A program made the translations under genes and the position numbers. Shown here in pieces: positions 31,256 to 40,200 of a DNA stretch of 64,000 nucleotides. Numbering within the stretch: the first letter of the stretch is position 1; every line of letters begins with the position of its first letter. Below the pieces are notes generated by a model, which saw only the letters and a program-made list of their open reading frames with translations, did not search any database and was not told the origin of the DNA. The DNA comes from Candidatus Kapaibacterium sp. (GTDB taxonomy: Bacteria > Bacteroidota > Ignavibacteria > Kapaibacteriales > UBA2268), in contig OY761611.1 in NCBI GenBank assembly GCA_963664875.1, positions 1,024,001-1,088,000 on the forward strand. Reading direction: 5' to 3'.

Positions 31256-32122
31256 ATGAACATTTTACAAAACCTATTATTTATACTATGTTTTCAATTC
31301 CTTTTAGCTTCTTCTGTACTTGCCGACCAAAAATATGTAATGAAATCAGGAGAAGAATATTATGGTGAAAAAATCGATGAGACCTCAGAGATATTAGTAA
31401 TAAAAGAATCTCTCTCAGGTACGATTTTAAAAATACCTAAAGAAATCATACTATCGTCTCATGAATCATTTGTAGAAATCACCACAAGAGACGGATATCG
31501 TACTCAAGGTATGCTAATCGAAAGCACTGAAGACTTCCTCAAGATTAAGAATAAAAAAGGTATCATATTTGAGATTAGAAAATCAAATATTTTGGAATTC
31601 AATCATCTGGATGAAAATAATTTAGATAATTTAGATGATAGGACTTTTATTGGTGAATTAGGTGATGAGTTTGCGATGGCAGGATTCAGCTTAGGAACAC
31701 CGGGCATGGTTAACTTAGTCCTCGGTTATCATTTTGACTGGTTTACGACAAAAGCGCATGGTGGAACAAACGGAGTTTTTTCAGGTGTTCAATTTGGCTT
31801 ACTATTTAATATTTATGAGACAGATGATAATTCCTTTAGCATTGGTTTAGGTGTAGCGACAGGCTTCTGGTGGGAATCGGAAAAAGAGTTGGTTGTTGAC
31901 GAGTATAATTACGGGAGTTCCGGAGAAGCTGTTCAGCTGTTAAAAGAAGATATGCGGGTAACTGATAAATATTATTACATGGGTTCAAGTATATATGTCA
32001 GATATGCAGGATTTTATATAGAGTTTGGTAGTAGCGATTCAATGATAGAAGATATAAAACCAAGAGACAAGCAATATGAAGCACTAATAAATGTAGGCTA
32101 TACAATCAATTTTGATTTGTAA
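31256..32122 (+). CDS. Hypothetical exported/outer-membrane protein
   Basis: Signal peptide, two tandem ~45-aa beta repeats and an amphipathic beta-strand C-terminus. Confidence 0.7.
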   Translation: MNILQNLLFILCFQFLLASSVLADQKYVMKSGEEYYGEKIDETSEILVIKESLSGTILKIPKEIILSSHESFVEITTRDGYRTQGMLIESTEDFLKIKNKKGIIFEIRKSNILEFNHLDENNLDNLDDRTFIGELGDEFAMAGFSLGTPGMVNLVLGYHFDWFTTKAHGGTNGVFSGVQFGLLFNIYETDDNSFSIGLGVATGFWWESEKELVVDEYNYGSSGEAVQLLKEDMRVTDKYYYMGSSIYVRYAGFYIEFGSSDSMIEDIKPRDKQYEALINVGYTINFDL

Positions 32123-32254
32123 ACGAATAATAAATATTGAGATTGGGACGAAATCCTCGAATTATATAATAAAATGAAAGATGAGTTAAATAGTTTATAA
32201 TCTTCCACATGAGAACAGATAGCAATCCCGGGCAGCTGCATCTGTTCGTTTATA

Positions 32255-34237
32255 TTACTTCAAATTATATTCAAATTGCAGATAAATTCGGCGGTCAATG
32301 GGTTGGAATGTTTCGTCCCAGCCGGAACTTAAGGTCAATTCGTCAGGCTTTTCGAGATATGAGTATCTCAGGGATAATTTGAAATCCGAAAGCATATATG
32401 ATAAATATCCGGAGATGCGATAGCCTTTTAGATATAGTGATATAGTATTGGAATAACCGGGCAAAGCATATTCATAGTACCAAATCGCACTTTCATAGTC
32501 ATCAGTTGCAAATTTTGCGACCGACAAGCCCAAATCTATTCCAAACTCGCTAATCAAAAAGGTTGATATATAAAATCCACCACCTTCGGCTATTTCAAGA
32601 GGAATGTTAAAATTTGTATATTCCAACCCGGATTTTAGCCTTAAAGTCTGACCTACAAAATTATATTCCCTACGAAATTCCAATTTAATTCTCTGCTTAT
32701 TGGCATCATAAAAGTCCTTATCTGTTTTTCCGGACACTAAACCATAATTCGTTTTAACTTCTCTTTTATAGAGTAGATTAAGATAGGAGCTTTGCCCCAG
32801 TCTGTATTCTATATTGGTCAAAAAATCGTTCCCGGTAACTTTGCCAGGAACATAATATGTGGAGTCTTGCGAGGCAAATAAATCAAGATATGCTGAAAAT
32901 TTTATGTTATAATACCTAACTGTACTAAATGCCAAATATATCCCTCTTTCATTAGAAGGATAAGAAAATTCTCCAAATGCATTAGAAAAAGGCGATCTGA
33001 ATTGTTTGGAAAAATCTCTTATATTTAGAGCAAATTGTGCAAAATCTGTCTTTGCAAGAGCTCCAAAAGTAAATGCAGAGTTATTTTCTGAATCAAAGGC
33101 ATACTCGCCGCTAAGTTTGAAATTGTCCCAATGATCGGAACTAAACTGAAGCGACTTTAACATACCATGCTTTCCATAGAAATTTGAAGCACTTGAACTG
33201 TAAATTGGCATAGAATAATCAAGATACAAAAGTGAAGTCCCAAAGCGAAAATAATCAAAATCTAATTCCAGTCCACCTCCTGCAGCTATCTCACGGAATG
33301 CATTTTTTTTGGCTATCTCTGTATCAGATCTGTAATAAGCTGTTTGATAAACTGAAGATATATAGCTACCATCTTCATTTTCTTTAATATTTCCGGATTT
33401 CATCTGATTTGAATAGAAAAAGTCTATACCTAACGCCACTTCCCCAAAAAGTCTAATATCATCATATTTTCCTGCTATTCCTCTTAATCGTCTTGCTTCT
33501 AATGTCGAAGTATAGGGACGGTTGTCTCTGTAAGAATTCGCAATTGGAGCAATTACTTCTTTGCCTTTTCTTGGAGCAAATCCGGAAGCTAATATGAGTC
33601 CGCTCCCTCTTTTGGGATAGTAATCCCCAACAATAAGGTCGATTTCTTTATACTTGTAGTTGCAATAAGCCGAATAATAATCAAATACAAGCCTTTCTCC
33701 CGCATCTCTATCGCTCAGAAAACCGGCAGTTATATTAGTATTATCTGATAAATAGGAAGATGTCAATTTTTGATAGAAGTCTATGTTCCTCCCTTCGTAT
33801 TTTTGATACCCCTTGTTTTCGTCGGGTTCAAATCCTCTGATTTTCATAAGTTTATTAGCAGACCTTGCTCTGTAATTCAATCTAAATTGAGATATTGCAT
33901 CCTTTTCGGCAGGAATTTTCACACAAAGCAATAGCAAGTCAACTTCATAATCTCTGAAGCTACCTGTGCTAAGTAAATATTCTTTCGTAAATTTGTTTTT
34001 CTTTAAAGCATCATTTACAATGTCAATTTGAAATTGAGACAAAAATATAAGTTTATTTGTTTCTTCCGGCTTATCGATGTCAAGCAATATTGGTTGAAGT
34101 AAAAGCTCTTCTATTTCGTTTAGTAACTCGCTCTGCTCACTTTCATTACCAAATTGTTCTAAAACGACCTCAAGGTTAGGCTCTTGCGAGTACGAAATAT
34201 AAGTTGCTAAAATCAGAGCAAAAATAAATCTGAACAT
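32255..34237 (-). CDS. ComEA/helix-hairpin-helix-associated outer-membrane beta-barrel protein (Bacteroidota type)
   Basis: Signal peptide, DAGE...DYYSAY, IVGDY...G.GL, NERGIY and C-terminal YLQFEYNL. Confidence 0.6.
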   Translation of the reverse strand: MFRFIFALILATYISYSQEPNLEVVLEQFGNESEQSELLNEIEELLLQPILLDIDKPEETNKLIFLSQFQIDIVNDALKKNKFTKEYLLSTGSFRDYEVDLLLLCVKIPAEKDAISQFRLNYRARSANKLMKIRGFEPDENKGYQKYEGRNIDFYQKLTSSYLSDNTNITAGFLSDRDAGERLVFDYYSAYCNYKYKEIDLIVGDYYPKRGSGLILASGFAPRKGKEVIAPIANSYRDNRPYTSTLEARRLRGIAGKYDDIRLFGEVALGIDFFYSNQMKSGNIKENEDGSYISSVYQTAYYRSDTEIAKKNAFREIAAGGGLELDFDYFRFGTSLLYLDYSMPIYSSSASNFYGKHGMLKSLQFSSDHWDNFKLSGEYAFDSENNSAFTFGALAKTDFAQFALNIRDFSKQFRSPFSNAFGEFSYPSNERGIYLAFSTVRYYNIKFSAYLDLFASQDSTYYVPGKVTGNDFLTNIEYRLGQSSYLNLLYKREVKTNYGLVSGKTDKDFYDANKQRIKLEFRREYNFVGQTLRLKSGLEYTNFNIPLEIAEGGGFYISTFLISEFGIDLGLSVAKFATDDYESAIWYYEYALPGYSNTISLYLKGYRISGYLSYMLSDFKLSLRYSYLEKPDELTLSSGWDETFQPIDRRIYLQFEYNLK

Positions 34238-34291
34238 ATATAGCCTCAATGAAATATATCGACTAAACAAAATAAAAATAAGATTATTAAT

Positions 34292-34798
34292 ATGCAAGAA
34301 TATATAATAGATGCACACAACGTCATACATACAAACTCACAATTCAGAAACCAAATTTCTCAGGGAATAGATGCTGCAAGAATGGCACTACTAAATGCTA
34401 TAGAATCATACGCTCAGGACTATCCAAGTTATACTTTCACTGTAGTTTTTGATGGTAGAAATGCAGGAATTGGTTCGGCTTACAGAATGATAAAAGTGCA
34501 GTATTCAAACAACAAATCTGCTGACGAACTGATAAAAAAAAGAATAAGGAAACTTTCCGGCAACAGAAATGTAATAATAGTAAGTAGCGACACTGAAATA
34601 CATAACTTTGCGAGAATAAATGCTATGCAGGTAGAAAGTGCAACACAGTTTGCACAAAGGATTCTATCAGGCAAAAGGAAAAACAGCTCTGCAGGTAAAT
34701 CTGCCAAATACAAAGCTGACAAATTTCAGAGCGAAAAACCAAATTCAGTTTCTAAAAGAGAAATCGAAGAAATGAAAAAACTTTTTGGTCTAAACTAA
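34292..34798 (+). CDS. YacP/Rae1-like NYN-domain nuclease
   Basis: IIDAHNVI, VVFDG, SADELI and VSSD acidic motifs. Confidence 0.85.
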   Translation: MQEYIIDAHNVIHTNSQFRNQISQGIDAARMALLNAIESYAQDYPSYTFTVVFDGRNAGIGSAYRMIKVQYSNNKSADELIKKRIRKLSGNRNVIIVSSDTEIHNFARINAMQVESATQFAQRILSGKRKNSSAGKSAKYKADKFQSEKPNSVSKREIEEMKKLFGLN

Positions 34799-34845
34799 TT
34801 TTTATATCTTTGATAAGTCAATAAACTAAATAAATCGGGGTTATT

Positions 34846-35742
34846 ATGAAAAATATTCTTCTTGTTCTTGCCTTGTTTCTATTGATACCAACTTGTTTTA
34901 TGGCTGCTGAAATCGAAGCACATGTATCTGTAAATATGGAACAGCTCAATCAGGAACAACAAATCAATGTAAGCTCTATGCAGGGAGACGTAGAAAGCTA
35001 TTTGAATTCTACTCAGTTTACAGATATAGAGTGGGAAGGTCCTGCAATCCCCGTCGATGTAGCTATCTTTCTCACCGGAGGTAACGGCTATAAATATTCA
35101 GCTAGAGTCTTTATCTCTGCAAAACGCTATCTCTACGGTTCAGAAGGTGCTACTGTAACCGTAAATTTTATAGATGACAAATGGAGCTTCGAATATGCTC
35201 GCAATGCAGTCTTTTCTTATGACCCAAATAGGTTCCATGAGTTTTCATCTTTGTTAGATTTTTATATGCTTTTGATTATTGGAATGGATGCCGATACTTA
35301 CGAAGATGGTTCAGGTTATCCAATATACGAAAAAGCCAAAAATGTAGTTCGTTTAGGTAGCAATGCCAATGCTAACGGATTTGAAACATATTCACAACCA
35401 GGCGATTTCACAAGATATAATTTGGTAAACGAATTAACTGACCCTACTTACGACCCATTTAAAACTCTTGTTTTTGAATATTATGTAGATGGCTTAGACC
35501 AAATGTCAGTTAATAAAGATGAGGCAACTGCCGTTATTGCAGAAATTATATCAGACATGGCAGAGTTTAAGAAAAACAAGTTAGTTCGTTCAAGTATGTT
35601 TGTTTCTCTTTGGTTTGCAACTAAATATAGAGAGCTGGCTACTCTGTTTGAGGGCTATAAGGATACTCAGGTATTTCAGGATTTAATCTATTTGGATCCG
35701 ACTAATAGTTCTGTCTATATAGAAGCTCAAGATGCAAAATAA
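34846..35742 (+). CDS. DUF4835 family protein (T9SS PorD-like)
   Basis: Signal peptide, FYMLLIIGMDADTY, RYNLV, YYVDGLD and LDPTNS motifs. Confidence 0.75.
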   Translation: MKNILLVLALFLLIPTCFMAAEIEAHVSVNMEQLNQEQQINVSSMQGDVESYLNSTQFTDIEWEGPAIPVDVAIFLTGGNGYKYSARVFISAKRYLYGSEGATVTVNFIDDKWSFEYARNAVFSYDPNRFHEFSSLLDFYMLLIIGMDADTYEDGSGYPIYEKAKNVVRLGSNANANGFETYSQPGDFTRYNLVNELTDPTYDPFKTLVFEYYVDGLDQMSVNKDEATAVIAEIISDMAEFKKNKLVRSSMFVSLWFATKYRELATLFEGYKDTQVFQDLIYLDPTNSSVYIEAQDAK

Positions 35743-35765
35743 TACTTCCCCTCACAATCTTTAAC

Positions 35766-35804
35766 AAAACGCCTTGCGATTGCAACAATCACGAGGCGTT
35801 TTTT
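35766..35804. terminator. Bidirectional intrinsic terminator
   Basis: AAAACGCCT ... AGGCGTTTTTT between convergent genes. Confidence 0.7.
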
Positions 35805-35829
35805 AGTTAAGTTACAATTGCTCCACTAT

Positions 35830-36042
35830 TTAACCCAGAATTTCTAATGCTCTCTGCTTTTGATTTGGAAACAAATCTGCAGGTACCGCAGGTTTTCCCA
35901 GTTTCTTCATAACCATATACCTTGCACAACCTGCATAATCTGTTTGGCAGTATTTTTTTTTGTACATATCTGCCATTGCAGGCATATTATTCATTTTGTC
36001 ATTAAAAAAAGGACAGCCGCTCATACATTCACAGTTTCCCAT
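35830..36042 (-). CDS. Small Cys-rich hypothetical protein
   Basis: RBS AGGAG; CECMSGCPFF...YC...CARY...VPADLFPN. Confidence 0.75.
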   Translation of the reverse strand: MGNCECMSGCPFFNDKMNNMPAMADMYKKKYCQTDYAGCARYMVMKKLGKPAVPADLFPNQKQRALEILG

Positions 36043-36393
36043 TGAGTATCTCCTATATTTGACCTTCGCTAATGTAATAAACGAACAAGATTGAAAATTA
36101 TGAAATCAATAACATTATATTGTTGTATAATTTTTCATTTTTAATGAGATTCTGTTTAGTTATTAGCCGGTTCTATGTTCTATATTTCGAGCAGATTGTC
36201 TGTTATTCCCATTTTTGATGCCGAATCTGCATATCCTTCAGTAGCACTATATATCCATGTGCAATATATTTTGATTAAAAAAATAATTTCGGGAAATCAA
36301 TTTTTGTCAATTATCAAGGACTCTAAGATGATTTGCATAGTGAAGCATTCAACATACAGTTTGCTATTCAAATCAGCACATTAGAAAATATTT

Positions 36394-36407
36394 TTAGGCT
36401 AGGCTAA
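36394..36407. promoter_or_regulatory. Putative DtxR/MntR-family operator upstream of yceI
   Basis: Imperfect palindrome TTAGGCTAGGCTAA in AT-rich symmetric flanks. Confidence 0.35.
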
Positions 36408-36484
36408 ATATTTTAAAATAAGACTTATATAGTCTCCGTTTTAGTAAGAAAAATATACTTCAATTATAAATCATAGAGGAAAAT

Positions 36485-37075
36485 ATGATAAAAGGCATAA
36501 TTTTCGCAATTTTTCTGGCTTTCTTGGGCTATTCAAATGCAGTTAGCTCAGATCACAAAATAGATGCACAGAAAAGTGAAATAAAATGGGTTGGCAAAAA
36601 GATACTTGGACAGCACGACGGAACTATCAACTTCAAGGATGGATATTTGAAATTTGATGGTGACAAACTTGTTGGAGGAGCCTTCACGGTTGACATGACT
36701 TCCATCAAAGTAAAAGATATCGAAGATGCTTCATACAACAAAAAACTTGTGGATCACTTAGAATCTGATGATTTCTTTTCAGTGAAATCACACAAAACTG
36801 CAGAGCTAAAAATTACTAAAGTAAACAAAACCAAATCTGAAAACGGTTGGGATTTTTATCAGGTTTTTGGCGATATGAAGATAAAAGGCATAAGCAATCA
36901 GGTAAAATTTATTGCAAAAGTAAAGAAATCTGATGCAGGTGTGCAGGCAGAAGCCAAAATTGAACTTGACAGAACTAAATGGAATGTACAATACGGTTCA
37001 TCAAGCTTCTTTGACTCACTTGGTGACAAAGCAATATATGATGATTTTGAGTTGGAGATTTATATCAAAATCTAA
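36485..37075 (+). CDS. YceI-family polyisoprenoid-binding protein
   Basis: Signal peptide, W.GKK...H.G, HLESDDFF and DRTKWNVQYGS motifs. Confidence 0.9.
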   Translation: MIKGIIFAIFLAFLGYSNAVSSDHKIDAQKSEIKWVGKKILGQHDGTINFKDGYLKFDGDKLVGGAFTVDMTSIKVKDIEDASYNKKLVDHLESDDFFSVKSHKTAELKITKVNKTKSENGWDFYQVFGDMKIKGISNQVKFIAKVKKSDAGVQAEAKIELDRTKWNVQYGSSSFFDSLGDKAIYDDFELEIYIKI

Positions 37076-37115
37076 AATGACTCATATAGATTTTATCTGA
37101 TAAATTTATACATTG

Positions 37116-37155
37116 AAGCGAACTGTTTTTACTTAAAGGCAGTTCGCTTTTTTTT
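37116..37155 (+). terminator. Intrinsic terminator after yceI
   Basis: AAGCGAACTG ... CAGTTCGCTT followed by a T-tract. Confidence 0.8.
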
Positions 37156-37255
37156 GAGTAGTAACTTTTTTAGAACGAATGTGTCAATCTAATTGAGCAA
37201 TTTGATTCGATAAGTGTAATACTCTACAACTTAGAAACAATAAACCGAGGTCGAT

Positions 37256-40200
37256 ATGAGATATTTCTTACCATTGATTATGTTAGGCTTGTTCTGCTTA
37301 GATTTAAATGCAAAAGATACATATACTTTTAAATTGGCAAATGACTTTGATCCCGCTGTGGAGCAATTTATAAATAACTCCCATATTTTTGCTGCTCCTG
37401 ATTTTGATTCGTTCAAAATTAAAGTTGAAAAATTGAGCTACAAAAAAGCTGACGGGATAAATTCAAATTATAATAATTTGACACATCTTTGGGCATCCAA
37501 TCCCTTGCCTTCTATTAACTATCAAGGCAAAAAACGACATTTGGATTTAGTCCGTATTGACTTCCCTGTTTTTAAGCATTCCCCGCAAGCTGATTCTGTT
37601 TTGGTAGAATGTATATACTCGGTTGACTATGGTACTACAATCCCAAAAGTCATTACTAAAATTGATAAATTCCAAATAGCTGCATTCGCAGAAGTACAAA
37701 ACACAGACAAGCTACCTGCTTTGTTTTCACTCAAAAAGTCAAATTCGAAAGACAGGTTGCTTGCAGATAAAAATTGGATTGACAACAACCTTGACTATCT
37801 CAAACTAACTACAAAAGAAGATGGAATAGCAGCAGTTCCAACCGACAGAATTTTAGAAATATACCCATCTTGGGAAGGTCTGCCTGTTTCTAATATCCAA
37901 CTTTTGCATAATTCAGAGAAATACCCTGTATTCTTCTCTTCAAACTACTTGCAAAGTGACGGCATGATTTACTTCAAAGCTAAGCGTGCCTCCGGCGATA
38001 CAACCCATTATGACAACTATGCCGGCGAAGAACCTTTCTTTCTTGTGCGAAATAACAACGATATGCCTCTAAGCATAAATAATTTGGGTCAATCTTCCAA
38101 TCCGACTGCAACGATAAATAAAGTAAATATAAATCAGCATATAGAAAAAGAATCTGAATATAGCTTTGGTGATACAGTCTATTCCCACTACACTCTGCCT
38201 TTTGAAGGCTGGTACTGGGATATATTTGACAAGTTCGAAAAACCGGGATCGATTGCTACTAAAAGGTTTTATTATAATCATGTGATAACTCCTGCAGACG
38301 AACCTCTCTCTATAAGGCTAAAGTACAACACTCAGTTAAATTATGATGCTTCACGCTCCGATTTTGGAATTGCAATGCGTTTGAATGGTGAAGTTCACGA
38401 TTCTGTATATATTAAAGCATTGGGAGAAGGCTTTTTCGAGAACAATCCTTCTGATCAGCTTTATCCCGGAGGTCTGACTTTTGATATTCGTTCCCATGGC
38501 TATAAGGATGATATAGGCAGAGTTGGGGTTGATTACATAGAAATAGCAGGAAATGTAATTCCGTTTGCTCACAATGGCTCAGCAGAATTTTCAATACCTA
38601 AGCAATCTTCTGATTTCAAGGTTGTTATTCCGGGTTTTTCCGGCTCTTCAATCGTTGCGTATGACACACTGAATAATGCAATCGCTTTCCTTGAAGCTAC
38701 TCCCGGTACAAGTTTTAGAATAAATGCAAAAAATGAAGATGTTTCACACACATCAATTGTAATAAATGACAGCATTTACTCATCTGATTTGGCAGGCTTG
38801 CATATAGCTTCGCTCGATTCTAAAGGTCTATGGAAAACAGAATATTTCGCTGCTAATAACGACGCAGCTGCAAATGCACTTCAAGCCTTGTCAGGCAGAG
38901 GTTTTGCCATAACTATCAATCAATTCCCAATTTCAGACAAAATCAGAACAGCTTTAAATAACCTTGGAGCAAAAAATCTTCCAAACGGCAATATGGATGT
39001 TTATTGCCTTTATGGTGCAGCTAACCAAATTAAAGAAAAACTCGGGACTAATAATCTCGGTGTTGTTGAGTTTATTGACCATTCGGCAGGACTGTCCTAT
39101 AAAGCAGAATTAAAATTGAAAGCCAACACTAATTACCACTTTGTTGTCGTAGATAATAAGCACATCGACAATACAAATCTATATATGGTTGAAAAACCTG
39201 ATTTATTAGCTCAGGACAAAGAATATAAAGCAATAGTGCTGACGCATACAGAGCTTATTCCTTCTGCTATAGCATACAAAAACTACAGAGAAGCTCAAAA
39301 TATAGATGTGAAAATTGTAGATGTAAACAACATTTATAATTTTTACAACTACGGAAAAAAATCTCCTTATGCTATAAAAGAATATCTGGCTGATATTTAT
39401 AATACTTGGAATACGCCAATTCCTACTCATGTTGTCATCATAGGTGATGCCAGCTGGGACAACAGAAACGTCATGGGATTTGATAAAACTTTTGACTTTG
39501 TCCCTGCTTATGGGTGGCCTGTTACCGATTATTGGTATGTAACTCTTGACAGCCCGGCTGACCAACTGGGTGATTTTTCAATTGGCAGAATTCCTGTCAA
39601 TAACAATCAGGAAATGATAGATTATATAGACAAAATTCGAGCTTATGAAACGGCTACAAAATCTCCTTGGATGAAACGATTTATGCACTTGAGTGGCGGC
39701 GGAGATGCAGCTGAAATAAAGAAAATATATGACAAGTCAAAGATTCATGGCATGCTTCTAAACCAGCAACCACTTAATGCAGACACTGTTCACATTGTCA
39801 AACCGGTGGGTGATGTTGTCAGCGAAGCAGTGGCAAGTAAGATAAAAAATGAAATCAATAACGGCGTCAATTTTATAACTTTCTTTGGTCATGGCTCTCC
39901 TGAAGTATTTGACATTGAGGGTTGGCAGGTCGAAAAACTAAATAATCAGGATAGATATTTTGGTTTACTCACTCTTGCCTGCAATGCCGGTGCTTTTGCA
40001 GAACCTTTTTTCAAAAAATGCAGAAACGAATCCTACGTAGTCGCTGCCAATAAAGGGGCTATTATGGCTGTGGGTGGCACCGGAGTGGAAAATATCGCAC
40101 ATGTGGACACTTGGGCACAATTTTACTGGGAAGGTGCAATTCGTAAAGATTTGAATATCAGAAATTACGGCGAGTTGGTTACTTATACAAAATCAGCGAT

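Noticed and set aside
36175-36384. 69-aa ORF upstream of yceI
   Set aside because: No RBS or motif; lies in a divergent promoter region
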